From: Bdellovibrionales bacterium | GTDB lineage: Archaea > Nanobdellota > Nanobdellia > Woesearchaeales > UBA583 | NCBI GenBank assembly: GCA_964217375.1 | Contig: CAXPJQ010000014.1 | Span: 1 to 46,750 of the forward strand | Length of the DNA: 46,750 nucleotides | Direction: 5' to 3' | Shown: positions 35,022-43,537 of the stretch, piece by piece | How positions within the stretch are numbered: the stretch's first letter is position 1 | Layout: every line of letters starts with the position of its first letter | Program-made: the position numbers and the translations under genes | The notes under the pieces: generated by a model | The model's database searches: none | What the model was told of the DNA's origin: nothing | The model's input: the letters and a program-made list of their open reading frames with translations, nothing else

Positions 35022-35032
35022 GCCACAGTCGC
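34996..35032 (-). pseudogene. 5' portion (nt 1-38) of host tRNA-Thr(GGU)
   Basis: The reverse complement reads GCGACTG-TG-GCTC-AGTGGTA-GAGC-G-TTGCA-TTGGTAA, then diverges into element sequence. Its acceptor 5' strand is complementary to CAGTCGC at 12827-12833. Confidence 0.75.
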
Positions 35033-35109
35033 TAAATAAAAAAAAAATGAATTACTGAGGGAGTAATCCAAGTTAAAAAAAAAGAAAAAAAATGATATTA
35101 AAAAACTTT

Positions 35110-36549
35110 CTAATTGAAAGTCATTTCTGCATAATTATTAAATTCTTGAAAAATAGGAACTTTACTTAAATTTTTAATATCAAATTCCCAAGGTTCAATA
35201 TATCTTAAACCTAATTCTTGAGCCTGAGAGAATACTCCTTCATATCCATTTTCAAATCTGTGACTCTCGTCAGATCTCCCAATAATTTGTCCATATTTAT
35301 CTCCTGGAAATTCTTTAAGTACATCAAGTAACTCAGTTTGATATGAATTTCCCCCTGAAATCCACCAAATTGCAGCACCTACTCTTCCATTTAAATACTC
35401 ATCTTCTAATAAATTATACATAGTATATTCTGCAATATCACTACTACCTAAAAGGTCATGATATTCAACCGCTAAAGCTTTATTAGGAAAAGCATCTGCA
35501 AATGCATAAGTTGTATTTTTAACTGATTCATACCAAGCTTCCTGATTTAAACCTTCAGAGATTAAATAATCTGTACTTACTCCATTAAAATGACCTTCAA
35601 TACCATTACTTGTCATTTGAGAGATATAAACTAAGACTAAATTTTCATTATCTGCAAACTCTTTTCCTAATTCTTGAGCTAATAAATATAATCTAGATCT
35701 AACCTTGTCATTCCACCATTTAGGAACAATAGTTGGATTACCTCTAAATGAAATCTCTAAATTATCAACTTCCAAATCATCAATTAACCATTGAGGAGAA
35801 CTTTTTCCTGTTGAAATAGCAAGTGACCAATTTAAATTCCTAGATTCAACTTCTTCAACTTGAGTAATAATATATGAAAAATTATAAACTCCTGGACTTG
35901 GTTCAATATCTTTCCAAGAACCCCTAATTAATACTCCATTAAATTCAGGATTTTCATAAATTGCACTTGACTTTGCACCTGAAGATGAAAAAACTCCAGT
36001 TGGTTTGTAAATTGTTTGAGTAGTAGTTGAATTTTGAGAATCAGTTCCATCATCAGAGCCATCGTCAGAACTATCATCAGAGCTATCATCAGAACCATCA
36101 TCAGAGCCATCGTCAGAACTATCATCAGAACCATCATCAGAGCCATCGTCAGAACTATCATCAGAACTATCATCAGAACTATCATCAGAACTATCGTCAG
36201 AACTATCATCAGAGCTATCATCAGAACCATCATCAGAGCCATCGTCAGAGCCATCGTCAGAACTATCATCAGAGCTATCATCAGAACCATCGTCAGAACT
36301 ATCATCAGAACCATCGTCAGAACTATCATCAGTTTCATCGTCAGTTCCATCATCACCTAATTCATCTCCAAATGAATCATTAAAACTATTATTAGTTCTA
36401 TCATCAGGTTTAGTTACTGAGGCATTTTTTAAATCATCGTAAAAATCATCCAAATAGGAATAATTTTTACTATAATTTTCTTCATTTACAATTGAATTTG
36501 AACAAGAAGTAATGAACAAAATCAATAAAATTAGTAAAATATTTTTCAT
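35110..36549 (-). CDS. Lipoprotein with a long (D-D-S-S/G)n acidic linker and a C-terminal TIM-barrel glycoside-hydrolase-like domain
   Basis: Lipobox ITSC. About 100 aa of SDD/GSDD repeats. The motif [20 protein letters not shown] resembles GH42/GH5-type barrels. Confidence 0.5.
   Translation of the reverse strand: MKNILLILLILFITSCSNSIVNEENYSKNYSYLDDFYDDLKNASVTKPDDRTNNSFNDSFGDELGDDGTDDETDDSSDDGSDDSSDDGSDDSSDDSSDDGSDDGSDDGSDDSSDDSSDDSSDDSSDDSSDDSSDDGSDDGSDDSSDDGSDDGSDDSSDDSSDDGSDDGTDSQNSTTTQTIYKPTGVFSSSGAKSSAIYENPEFNGVLIRGSWKDIEPSPGVYNFSYIITQVEEVESRNLNWSLAISTGKSSPQWLIDDLEVDNLEISFRGNPTIVPKWWNDKVRSRLYLLAQELGKEFADNENLVLVYISQMTSNGIEGHFNGVSTDYLISEGLNQEAWYESVKNTTYAFADAFPNKALAVEYHDLLGSSDIAEYTMYNLLEDEYLNGRVGAAIWWISGGNSYQTELLDVLKEFPGDKYGQIIGRSDESHRFENGYEGVFSQAQELGLRYIEPWEFDIKNLSKVPIFQEFNNYAEMTFN
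36043..36356. repeat. Coding tandem repeat, 12-nt unit (atcatcaga[ac][cg][ct]-like), encoding (DDS[SG])n on the minus strand
   Basis: Read directly. It creates long spurious ORFs in other frames. Confidence 0.85.
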
Positions 36550-36607
36550 ATTAAATTAATTTCTTAATTAATTAATATTTAAATATTTCTATTATTAAAT
36601 TAAAAAT

Positions 36608-38341
36608 CTATCTCATACTAGGTCTAGTTCCCCCCATACCTCGATTACCCATCCCCATCTGAGAATTTGAATTACCAAGAGTAGTCTGAGAATTTAGAGT
36701 AAAAGAATTATATAAGCTTCCTCCATTTGAGATGAAATTAGTATATAATCCATTAGTTTGATCTCCACTGGAAATTGATGCATCACTATAAATTGAATAG
36801 GTCTCTCCATCAATTAATAACTCTGAACTAATTGTAATTGCTTGGTAATTTTTAGCTGACTCATAAGCTAAAATATCATTTCCCTCTGAATCTTTAAGGA
36901 CAATAATTTCTCCAGCACTAATAGTTGAATCAAAAATAATTGTAATTGAAGTTTGATCGGAATTAGTTGAGGTTGATTGAACCATTCCAGATGAACCTGA
37001 GGCAATTAAAGTTCCACCAGTAATTAGCATTTCTCCATTATAATCAAGAGCACCATCACCATTTGTTGTAGGTCCATTTACAATTACATAACCACCTTCC
37101 ATATAGATATTCCCATTTGAATCTAAACCATCTCCTTGAGCATTAATATAAATAACTCCATCATACACATATAAAGCTCCATCAATTGTAGTCTCTCCAC
37201 CCATACCTCTACCTCCAAAAGAAGTTGAAGTTGAAGAATCATCACTTGTTGCAATATTAATACCATCATCTTGGGAAGTAATTTCAATATTTCCTCCTAA
37301 AATGTAAATATTAAGACTCTCAATTCCTTCATAACTCTCTTCAATTTCAATTGATCCATCATAAATTTCAATTGAAGTGTCTGCATCTAAACCATCATCT
37401 TGAGAATTAATATTAATATCTCCTCCATTAATTATGATTGAATTTTCTGAATGAATTCCATCTTTTGCTGAAGTAATATCAAAAGTACCACCATTAATTA
37501 TAACATATCCTTTATCTTCTTCATCCTCAGTTGATGTGATCCCATCTTCTTGAGATACAATAGTATAATCTCCACTCTCAATTAAAACAAAATCTTTTCC
37601 TTTAATTCCATCTTTTGCTGAATCAATTGATAAAGTAACACTCTCAAGAATTACTTGATCTTTACTTTGAATTCCTGTCTTTTCTTCAGATTCAATTAAA
37701 AGGGATCCCTCTCCATTGAAATATAAATCATCACTTGAATAAATTGCTGCAGGAGTTGCACTTTCATCAACATCAGGATCAACATAACTTGAAGAATCAT
37801 AGATATAATTTTGAGATCCTTGAGCGAGAGTAATTATTAATTTATCTGCATTTAAGACAATAATTGCAGAACTAGTAGTTGAATAAATTGAAACTCCATC
37901 TAAAATTAATTGTACTTCATCTTCAGTATCAATTATAATACTACCTGAATTTAGAGTTCCAGATAATTCATAAACTCCCCCCTCATTAATTGTTAAAGAA
38001 GTACCATCAATTGAAATAGAATCATCTTGAATTGAAGATGATATAGAACCTTCATTAAAACTAATTTCAATTCCCAAACTAGTATCAATTTCACTTGATA
38101 CGTCTTCAACTTTTAAATTTGAAATGTCAATTGATTCAAATTCAATATTTTCAAAGTTTGAAGTTGATATACTTGACAAACTATCTTCAATTTCATCTGA
38201 AATTGTTTCATCATCTAAATTATTATTTGAAATTGATTCTAACTCTTCATTAATTGAACTCTGCGAAGTTGTACTACATGCAGTTATACTTAATGTTAGA
38301 AACAAAATAAATAAAGTTAATATTTTATTATTATTTTTCAT
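36608..38341 (-). CDS. Secreted lipoprotein, parallel beta-helix carbohydrate-binding protein (Cthe_2159/DUF4353-like)
   Basis: Lipobox ITACS. Family-like SISIDGTSLTINEGGVYELSGTLNSGSIIIDTEDEVQLILDGVSI, then repeated DGI.S...I.I.GG coils. Gly/Met-rich C-terminus. Confidence 0.55.
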   Translation of the reverse strand: MKNNNKILTLFILFLTLSITACSTTSQSSINEELESISNNNLDDETISDEIEDSLSSISTSNFENIEFESIDISNLKVEDVSSEIDTSLGIEISFNEGSISSSIQDDSISIDGTSLTINEGGVYELSGTLNSGSIIIDTEDEVQLILDGVSIYSTTSSAIIVLNADKLIITLAQGSQNYIYDSSSYVDPDVDESATPAAIYSSDDLYFNGEGSLLIESEEKTGIQSKDQVILESVTLSIDSAKDGIKGKDFVLIESGDYTIVSQEDGITSTEDEEDKGYVIINGGTFDITSAKDGIHSENSIIINGGDININSQDDGLDADTSIEIYDGSIEIEESYEGIESLNIYILGGNIEITSQDDGINIATSDDSSTSTSFGGRGMGGETTIDGALYVYDGVIYINAQGDGLDSNGNIYMEGGYVIVNGPTTNGDGALDYNGEMLITGGTLIASGSSGMVQSTSTNSDQTSITIIFDSTISAGEIIVLKDSEGNDILAYESAKNYQAITISSELLIDGETYSIYSDASISSGDQTNGLYTNFISNGGSLYNSFTLNSQTTLGNSNSQMGMGNRGMGGTRPSMR

Positions 38342-38459
38342 ATTATTAAAATCACCTTGTAATAAGATATAATTAAAAATTTATATATAAATAAAAAGAA
38401 TTTAAAATATATACTTCAAGTCCTTTTTCTTTATAAACATAAATTTATTTATCTATTCT

Positions 38460-39266
38460 ATGGTACAAGAGAATAAAGAAGAGGATAGAAGAAATCTCAA
38501 AAAACAATTAGATGAAACTCTAAATAAATTTGAGACAATATCTCTTGAAGAAATGAATAATGTAGCATTGTTAAAAAGAGTTGAAACTAAATTTATTATG
38601 AATATGAAAGAATTTTTAAAAGTATTAAATCAATTACAAAAATATTATAAAATTCTCTCAATTAATGAAAATAGAATAAATAAATATAAAACAATGTATT
38701 ATGATACTCCAAATTTTTCATTATTTAGAGCACATCATAATGGAGAATTAAATAGATATAAAATTAGAAATAGAACATATCAAGATTCAAATTTATCATA
38801 CATGGAAATTAAATTTAAAGATAATAAAGATAGAACAATAAAAGATAGAATTAAAACTAAAGAAAATTTAAATTTAGATGATAAGAGTTCAAATTTTGTT
38901 AAAAATTATAGTACTTATGAACCTCAGAATTTAATACCTGCTTTAATTAATTCATATACTAGAATTACTCTTGTGAGTAAAAAAGATATTGAGAGATTAA
39001 CAATTGACATTGATTTAAAATTTAGTGAAATTAATTCTCAAAATAGTGTTGAGTTAAATAAAATAGTAATTGCTGAGATTAAACAAGATAAATTTTCATA
39101 TAAATCAAAATTTATTGAAATTATGCATAAAAATTCTATTAGGTCAACAAGTTTTAGTAAGTATTGTGTAGGACTTTCTTTACTTAAAAAAGGACAACTA
39201 AAAACAAATAACTTTAAAGAAAAAATTTTACTTGTTAATAAATTAAGTGGAGGTGAATTATTATGA
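38460..39266 (+). CDS. VTC-domain (triphosphate-tunnel, polyphosphate-polymerase-like) protein
   Basis: RVETKFIM, YYDTPNFSLF, NRYKIRNRTY, MEIKFKD and ERLTIDIDL follow the VTC/CYTH-like beta-barrel strand pattern. Confidence 0.55.
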   Translation: MVQENKEEDRRNLKKQLDETLNKFETISLEEMNNVALLKRVETKFIMNMKEFLKVLNQLQKYYKILSINENRINKYKTMYYDTPNFSLFRAHHNGELNRYKIRNRTYQDSNLSYMEIKFKDNKDRTIKDRIKTKENLNLDDKSSNFVKNYSTYEPQNLIPALINSYTRITLVSKKDIERLTIDIDLKFSEINSQNSVELNKIVIAEIKQDKFSYKSKFIEIMHKNSIRSTSFSKYCVGLSLLKKGQLKTNNFKEKILLVNKLSGGELL

Positions 39267-39835
39267 ATGAATTAGTTAATTACTTTTTAGGATTTTTAAT
39301 TAATTTAGCTATTATATTTATAATTGTTAGATTTATTTATTATCCTAAAAATCCTGATAAAAATAATATATTTACATTTATTGGATTTAGTTCAGTAATA
39401 TTTTTTGTAATACAAATATTAACAAATATAGAGTTAAGTATAGGAGTTGGGTTTGGATTATTTGCATTATTTTCAATACTTAGATATAGAACTGATGCAA
39501 TTCCAATTAGAGATATGACATATCTCTTTATTACTATTGCACTCTCAATTATGAACTCTTTAATGTTTAGTGAAGAGTATTACTCAAAATTAATAATTGC
39601 AAATATTTCAATTATACTTGTAACTTTATTTCTTGAGAGAGAAATTGGGTTTAGTTATATTGAGAAAAAAACAATTACTTATGAGAAAATTGATTTAATT
39701 GTTCCAAATAAAAGAGAAGAATTAATTGAAGATTTAAAAGAAAGACTAGGAATTAATTCCATTAAATCAATTCAAATTGGAAATGTTAACTTTTTAAAAG
39801 ATAGTACTGAAATTACTATATTTTATAAAAATTAA
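39263..39835 (+). CDS. DUF4956-family membrane protein (usual partner of prokaryotic VTC-domain proteins)
   Basis: Four hydrophobic spans with GFGLFALFSILRYRT. Its start overlaps the VTC stop (ATGA). Confidence 0.55.
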   Translation: MNELVNYFLGFLINLAIIFIIVRFIYYPKNPDKNNIFTFIGFSSVIFFVIQILTNIELSIGVGFGLFALFSILRYRTDAIPIRDMTYLFITIALSIMNSLMFSEEYYSKLIIANISIILVTLFLEREIGFSYIEKKTITYEKIDLIVPNKREELIEDLKERLGINSIKSIQIGNVNFLKDSTEITIFYKN

Positions 39836-40080
39836 TATTCCCCCCTTAATTCTTTTGAATATACTTCTTGAAGTTCCTGTATTATGTAGGGAATATCATG
39901 AATGTTAAAACTATTAGTTTCTTTTAAATCTCCACTTTCTTGATCTTTATAATTTTTTTTAAGAGTAATTTGCTTATACTCCCTATCATCTTTTTTATGT
40001 TTCCAAACAGCTAAGTTAATTCCCTTTACATTTAGAGAATCAATTGGCATATTTTTGGAATAATTTTTCAAATCATTCAT
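39832..40080 (-). CDS. Small conserved protein, paralogue of element gene 31148..31423
   Basis: From ATG 40080 (MNDLKNY...). The track's TTG start at 40140 adds a hydrophobic extension. Shares W-K-x-K ... NYKD...G..K.TNSFNIHDIP..I.EL.EVYS with the element copy. Confidence 0.45.
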   Translation of the reverse strand: MNDLKNYSKNMPIDSLNVKGINLAVWKHKKDDREYKQITLKKNYKDQESGDLKETNSFNIHDIPYIIQELQEVYSKELRGEY

Positions 40081-40376
40081 TTTCAATAACCTCATCAATA
40101 AAATTAAAATACTGTAAATATATATCAAAATTTGTTTCAAAATAATTTTTTTCTAGATTCATTTTTATTAACCTCTTAATTTATCTATTGCTGATTTAAC
40201 AATATCTTTTGTGGAAAAAGATCTACTACTTCCTAAATAAATTGTGGAATTACAATTTGATGCAAATTCTTGTTTTAGTGCTACCATGTTAAATATGATA
40301 TCGTTTTTTAGATTTATAAAGGAGTCTACCTAAGTGAGTAGAAAAATATATAAAAGAATTTAAACCAAGTAGAATT

Positions 40377-41012
40377 ATGAAGTTTTTTATTACTGCTATT
40401 GGGTCAGGAAACACATTAAATTATCCACATAATAGAGAATATGGAGGAGTTTTAGCAATTGCTGAGAGAACAAAAGAAAATGGATTTACATATAAAGGAA
40501 AAAATCAAAAAGAAATATTTGAGAGTAAATTTCACATGACTAAATATAAATATAAAGAAATGTTAATTTCTGATACTAATTTAGATGTATATAATTTAGG
40601 TGTTTTAATTCTTAGAGAAATGGATGTAATTAAATCTAAATTTAAAGATGCTAAATTCCATATTGAACTTAGTGCAGGATATAAAAGAATTGGACATGTA
40701 TTAACTTTAATTTCATATATTAGATCAAAAGATATCGAAAAATTAACATTTTTAAGGCATAACGCTAAATTAGAATATTTACCAATTATTAAAGTAGAGT
40801 TACATGAAAAAGAAAAAGAAATATTAAATGGATTTAAAAATGGAGTTTATTTTGGATGGAATGGAAAAATAAATACAAATAATTATGTAAGAACATATAA
40901 TAAAGATAGAAAGTATGTATATAGAGTTTTAAAAAAATGTAAAGAGATTGGACTTTTAGATGAAAATAATAGAATTACTGACTTTGGAGAATTATATCTT
41001 GAATTTGCATAA
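40377..41012 (+). CDS. CARF + winged-HTH regulator (Csa3-like architecture), orphan
   Basis: N-terminal KFFITAIGSG strand. ELSAGYKRIGHVLTLISYI resembles the CARF D(L/I)T.G.(R/K) motif. C-terminal wHTH YVYRVLKKCKEIGLLDENNRITDFG. Confidence 0.4.
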   Translation: MKFFITAIGSGNTLNYPHNREYGGVLAIAERTKENGFTYKGKNQKEIFESKFHMTKYKYKEMLISDTNLDVYNLGVLILREMDVIKSKFKDAKFHIELSAGYKRIGHVLTLISYIRSKDIEKLTFLRHNAKLEYLPIIKVELHEKEKEILNGFKNGVYFGWNGKINTNNYVRTYNKDRKYVYRVLKKCKEIGLLDENNRITDFGELYLEFA

Positions 41013-41055
41013 GTAGTAATAGATTTTTTTAAAAGAAAAAATAAAAATTAATATA

Positions 41056-41616
41056 ATGAAGTTTAACAATATTGAAAAAAAAACTTGGATCTTTGAGAAT
41101 TTAGTTTTTATAATACCTCTTAAAGTATTAAGAAATACACCTGAAGTTGAATTTTATTCAATTCCTGAAGTGATTAAAAATCTAAGTGCAATTGATAAAG
41201 TAATACATAAAAAAGGTGCTAAATCGCCAAGAATAAAAGGAGATTCAAATCATTACTGGTATATGCACCCAAATCAAGAAGATCAATTAATTGTTCATGA
41301 TGGAAAAAGAGTAGTTGAATTATATTCAAAAAAACATAACAAATTAGAAAAATTTGAAGTTACAGCTAAACATATCAAATATAATGGAAAAGTAATATAT
41401 AGTGGGCCTGCAATCCTTGGATGGCCAAGAAAAGTATTTCATAGGATAAGTTCACCAAATGGGTCAATTTCAACAAATTATGCAAAACATTATACTAATT
41501 TTGATTTAAAAACTAATTTTAATATATATAAATTAAATGTTGAATCTGGAGAATATGAAGTTATAAGAGAAGGACATAAAGATCAACCTAAATATGAAAA
41601 ACATCCTTCTAAATAA
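41056..41616 (+). CDS. Hypothetical protein, possibly cupin-fold
   Basis: HYWYMHPNQEDQLIVHDGKRVVELY and PRKVFHRI resemble cupin His-containing strands. Weak evidence. Confidence 0.3.
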   Translation: MKFNNIEKKTWIFENLVFIIPLKVLRNTPEVEFYSIPEVIKNLSAIDKVIHKKGAKSPRIKGDSNHYWYMHPNQEDQLIVHDGKRVVELYSKKHNKLEKFEVTAKHIKYNGKVIYSGPAILGWPRKVFHRISSPNGSISTNYAKHYTNFDLKTNFNIYKLNVESGEYEVIREGHKDQPKYEKHPSK

Positions 41617-41687
41617 AATAATTAATCACTTATTAATTATTAAATATATTTTTATTTACAAAAAATAGAAATATTATATATTTTAAA

Positions 41688-42299
41688 ATGACAGAGAGTG
41701 AAATACATAATAAAGAATATTTTTCTAAAGAGAGTTTAGAATATTTTTTTTATGATTTCACATATATTAATCCAATGATGATTTTATTTTACATGGCTCT
41801 AACAATTGGATTATATTTTGTAACTTGGTTATATAAAGTTAATAAAAAATTAGAAGAAATTGATGAAAAAGCACCAATTCCTAGAAGAGCTGCAACAGTT
41901 TTAGTAATATTTCCATTTATTTGGTTTTGGATTGTATATCTAATTAACTTTTACTTTTTCCCAACTGATATAGTCTCAAAATTAATTAGTAATATGGTAA
42001 AAATAATTGGATGGGGATTAATTTCATTTTTATCCCTTGTTTATGTATATGATTTTTGTATGAGTTTTGGAAAAGTAACTAACACTTCAGGTTTAAAATG
42101 GTATCTATTAATTTATCCAGGTTACTTTTCATTAATTATAACTTTAGTTTTGGGAGTTGAGTATTTCATATATTCATTTTATTTTTTATTTTTTCCAATT
42201 TTAACAATTCCACTTATGCAACAAACACTTAATGCAAGATCTGAGATATATTCAAATAGAATTAGAAAAAATCAATTTAATTACATGACTAGATATTAA
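41688..42299 (+). CDS. Polytopic membrane protein, unknown function
   Basis: Four to five hydrophobic spans. No motif recognised. Confidence 0.45.
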   Translation: MTESEIHNKEYFSKESLEYFFYDFTYINPMMILFYMALTIGLYFVTWLYKVNKKLEEIDEKAPIPRRAATVLVIFPFIWFWIVYLINFYFFPTDIVSKLISNMVKIIGWGLISFLSLVYVYDFCMSFGKVTNTSGLKWYLLIYPGYFSLIITLVLGVEYFIYSFYFLFFPILTIPLMQQTLNARSEIYSNRIRKNQFNYMTRY

Positions 42300-42306
42300 A
42301 AAAAAA

Positions 42307-43518
42307 TTATTTTTTATTTTTATTTCTAAAAACATTAAATCCAATATAACCTGAAACTAAAATAACTACAATGATTAAAATTGTACCAACTTGAGAATTA
42401 GATGCCTGAGAACCTTGAGAGATTTCCATATCTAATTTAGTTTCCTGAGTGTATCTAGTTGTCTCAACTAAAGAATCTAAAATAACTTTTGAGGAATATG
42501 TTTTAATCTCAGCAGAATCTAAAATCTCGGCTTTAAATTCAATTGATGCACTCTCATTTGGTTTAAGTGAGGAAGTTAAATATTTAGTTGTTTGATCTAG
42601 AACAATTGGATAGGAAATGTCAGGAGATAACCTAACTCTAACATCATCAGCATCTTCCTCACCAACATTTTTAATTGTTAATCTAATTACATTATCAACA
42701 CTACCTTGAGAAAATAAAGATAACTGTTCAATATTTTCAATTATTAAATATGGAGATTCATCAACAGGTAATTTAAAATCTAAAACTTTACTTACTATTT
42801 CATAAGAGTTACCTGAACCAATATCGGTTCTATAACTTAAATTTAATTTTGCATCATATAACCCAGGATTAATTTCTTGAGATAAGTCAATTGTAAATTC
42901 AAATTGACCCTCACTTCCAGATTCAATTGAGGAGAGAGAATCTGAGAGAGAATATGCAAAACTCTCTTCAATTTGATTTGAATTGAAAATTAAATTTGCT
43001 CTAACTAACTCTGCATCTTTTTCACCTAAATTTAATAAAGTAAACTTTAAAACGTTATTTTTTGAATCTCTAATTAATTTGTCAGGTGTTGTTTTAATCT
43101 CTCCAATTTCAAGCTCAGGGTTTGATTTAACATCTTCAATGTAAATTGAAACTTCTTTTTCCTGAATGACACCATCAACTGATGTAATAATTGGTAAATT
43201 AATATATCCTGCCTCTAAGTCTTCAGAGAAATATACTCTAAATGTTTTAGTAACTGATTCTTTATAAAAAACTTTTGAAATGATTTTATCTTCAACTTTT
43301 AGAGGTTTAATATATTTTGTTTCTTTAATGTTAAATAAAACGTTATTTTTAACATTTTCATCTAATGCAACATTTGTAAATCTAAGAGTAATATCTGCAT
43401 AATCTCCAGCAATAATTGGTGAAGGGTTTGTAGAAATTACATCTGTTGTAAAAGATGCAAAACTAATCTGAATTAATGCAAGTAATGCAAGTAATATTGA
43501 AATTATTTTTTTAACCAT
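42307..43518 (-). CDS. Secreted S-layer-domain/CARDB-like protein (COG1361-type) with a C-terminal TM anchor
   Basis: Signal peptide, repeated Ig-like segments (NPSPIIAGDYADITLRFTN; LTIKNVGEEDADDVRVRL) and a C-terminal TM segment plus basic tail. It sits next to an RND-type exporter, as is common in archaea. Confidence 0.55.
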   Translation of the reverse strand: MVKKIISILLALLALIQISFASFTTDVISTNPSPIIAGDYADITLRFTNVALDENVKNNVLFNIKETKYIKPLKVEDKIISKVFYKESVTKTFRVYFSEDLEAGYINLPIITSVDGVIQEKEVSIYIEDVKSNPELEIGEIKTTPDKLIRDSKNNVLKFTLLNLGEKDAELVRANLIFNSNQIEESFAYSLSDSLSSIESGSEGQFEFTIDLSQEINPGLYDAKLNLSYRTDIGSGNSYEIVSKVLDFKLPVDESPYLIIENIEQLSLFSQGSVDNVIRLTIKNVGEEDADDVRVRLSPDISYPIVLDQTTKYLTSSLKPNESASIEFKAEILDSAEIKTYSSKVILDSLVETTRYTQETKLDMEISQGSQASNSQVGTILIIVVILVSGYIGFNVFRNKNKK

Positions 43519-43537
43519 TTTTTATTATTTTAAATTA

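Noticed and set aside
12826-35032. The idea that the two tRNA-Thr pieces are a Nanoarchaeum-style split tRNA gene joined by trans-splicing.
   Set aside because: - The halves overlap by a 21-nt direct duplication (nt 18-38) rather than abutting at position 37/38.
- I saw no convincing GC-rich complementary leader/trailer pair.
- The duplication coincides exactly with the junctions of a partitioned integrase ORF, so integration explains it better.
36043-36356. The regular short-period repeat considered as a possible CRISPR array.
   Set aside because: The period is 12 nt with no spacers. It lies in frame inside a long ORF, and no cas genes are present.
35928-36383. Three long ORFs (142, 118 and 108 aa) with monotonous MV/LT, HQ/NY and IIR repeats.
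   Set aside because: They are alternative-frame and opposite-strand readings of the 12-nt (DDS[SG])n repeat inside gene 35110..36549. Their open frames are produced by the periodicity of the repeat.
40073-40287. Two mini-ORFs (39 and 29 aa) upstream of gene 39832..40080, considered for annotation as genes.
   Set aside because: They are too short to support from sequence alone and are mentioned only as context in a finding.
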